Below are positions 26,007-26,344 of a DNA stretch of 26,344 nt, one piece after another (the stretch's first letter is position 1; each line of letters starts with the position of its first letter). The translations under genes were made by a program, and so were the position numbers. The stretch covers positions 1 to 26,344 of the IMG/VR virus record IMGVR_UViG_3300030231_000512, one strand, 5' to 3'. Under the pieces are notes generated by a model. The model did not search any database, had not been told where the DNA came from, and saw nothing but the letters and a program-made list of their open reading frames with translations. The stretch comes from a virus. Its lineage: Duplodnaviria > Caudoviricetes.

Positions 26007-26344
26007 TGTTACATTTTTACGAGGGACAGGTAAGGAAATTTTTAACTCAGTTCATTAGAATATTGAGTAATTTTTCTGTGGAAACAGGAAGAGGCAAAGA
26101 CGACTCAATAAGTTTAAGAGCAGTTCCTGTGGTGTATGGAGATCCTACAAGGCAGGTTGCAAACATTATAAGAAATAATAGCGAGAACGCACTGAATTAT
26201 GCACCTAAAATTGCCTGCTATGTGAGAGAATTAAATTATGATAGGGATAGAATGCAAAATCCATATCATATTGAAAAACAACATTTAAGAGAACGAGATG
26301 TAGACTCCGACGGAAATTACACCAACCAATTGGGTGCTGGATAT
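26006..26344 (+). CDS. gp15: Tail terminator/sheath stabilizer (gp15-like), 3' truncated, absent from the ORF track
   Basis: TAATG overlap; MLHFYEGQVRKFLTQFIRILSNF...VPVVYGD...PKIACYVRELNYDRDR matches the gp15 N-terminal pattern. Confidence 0.75.
   Translation, partial: MLHFYEGQVRKFLTQFIRILSNFSVETGRGKDDSISLRAVPVVYGDPTRQVANIIRNNSENALNYAPKIACYVRELNYDRDRMQNPYHIEKQHLRERDVDSDGNYTNQLGAGY

Noticed and set aside
1-26344. Stop-codon reassignment
   Set aside because: Genes are full length under code 11, and TAA, TGA and TAG all appear as stops.
1-26344. CRISPR array, tRNA or integrase/IS element
   Set aside because: Intergenic gaps are short (under about 120 nt) and no repeat-spacer array or cloverleaf was seen; the TnsA-like fold at 16363-16803 is gp4, not a transposase.

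Overview
AT-rich (roughly 35-38% GC by eye) segment of a large, divergent T4-superfamily contractile-tailed phage, probably aquatic; the host cannot be determined from this window. Four blocks: (1) 1-5126 (+), a glycan synthesis/tailoring cluster (SGNH-like protein, GT-B-like protein, two FkbM methyltransferases, sulfotransferase, NDP-sugar epimerase, GT-A-like protein). (2) 5101-10303 (-), ssb(gp32), a small membrane ORF, uvsX, a hypothetical gene, uvsY and a HAD nucleotidase, followed by a GT8-like glycosyltransferase and a 2OG-Fe(II) oxygenase plus a degenerate paralog. (3) 10406-22761 (-), morphogenesis: two modular acidic proteins, terminase large and probable small subunits, gp4 head completion, a tube-initiator-like protein, gp19 tube and an enlarged gp18 sheath. 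(4) 22878-26344, a degenerate HNH protein, dNMP kinase and the gp13/gp14/gp15-like neck genes. The most notable unannotated signals are T4-late-like TAAATA boxes 5-8 nt before start codons (suggesting widespread leaderless transcripts, with SD leaders mainly on high-copy proteins), shared peptide cassettes and Glu-cleavage-like motifs in two putative head proteins, and a possible late-expressed virion glycan-decoration system. All calls come from motif recognition only; no searches were run.
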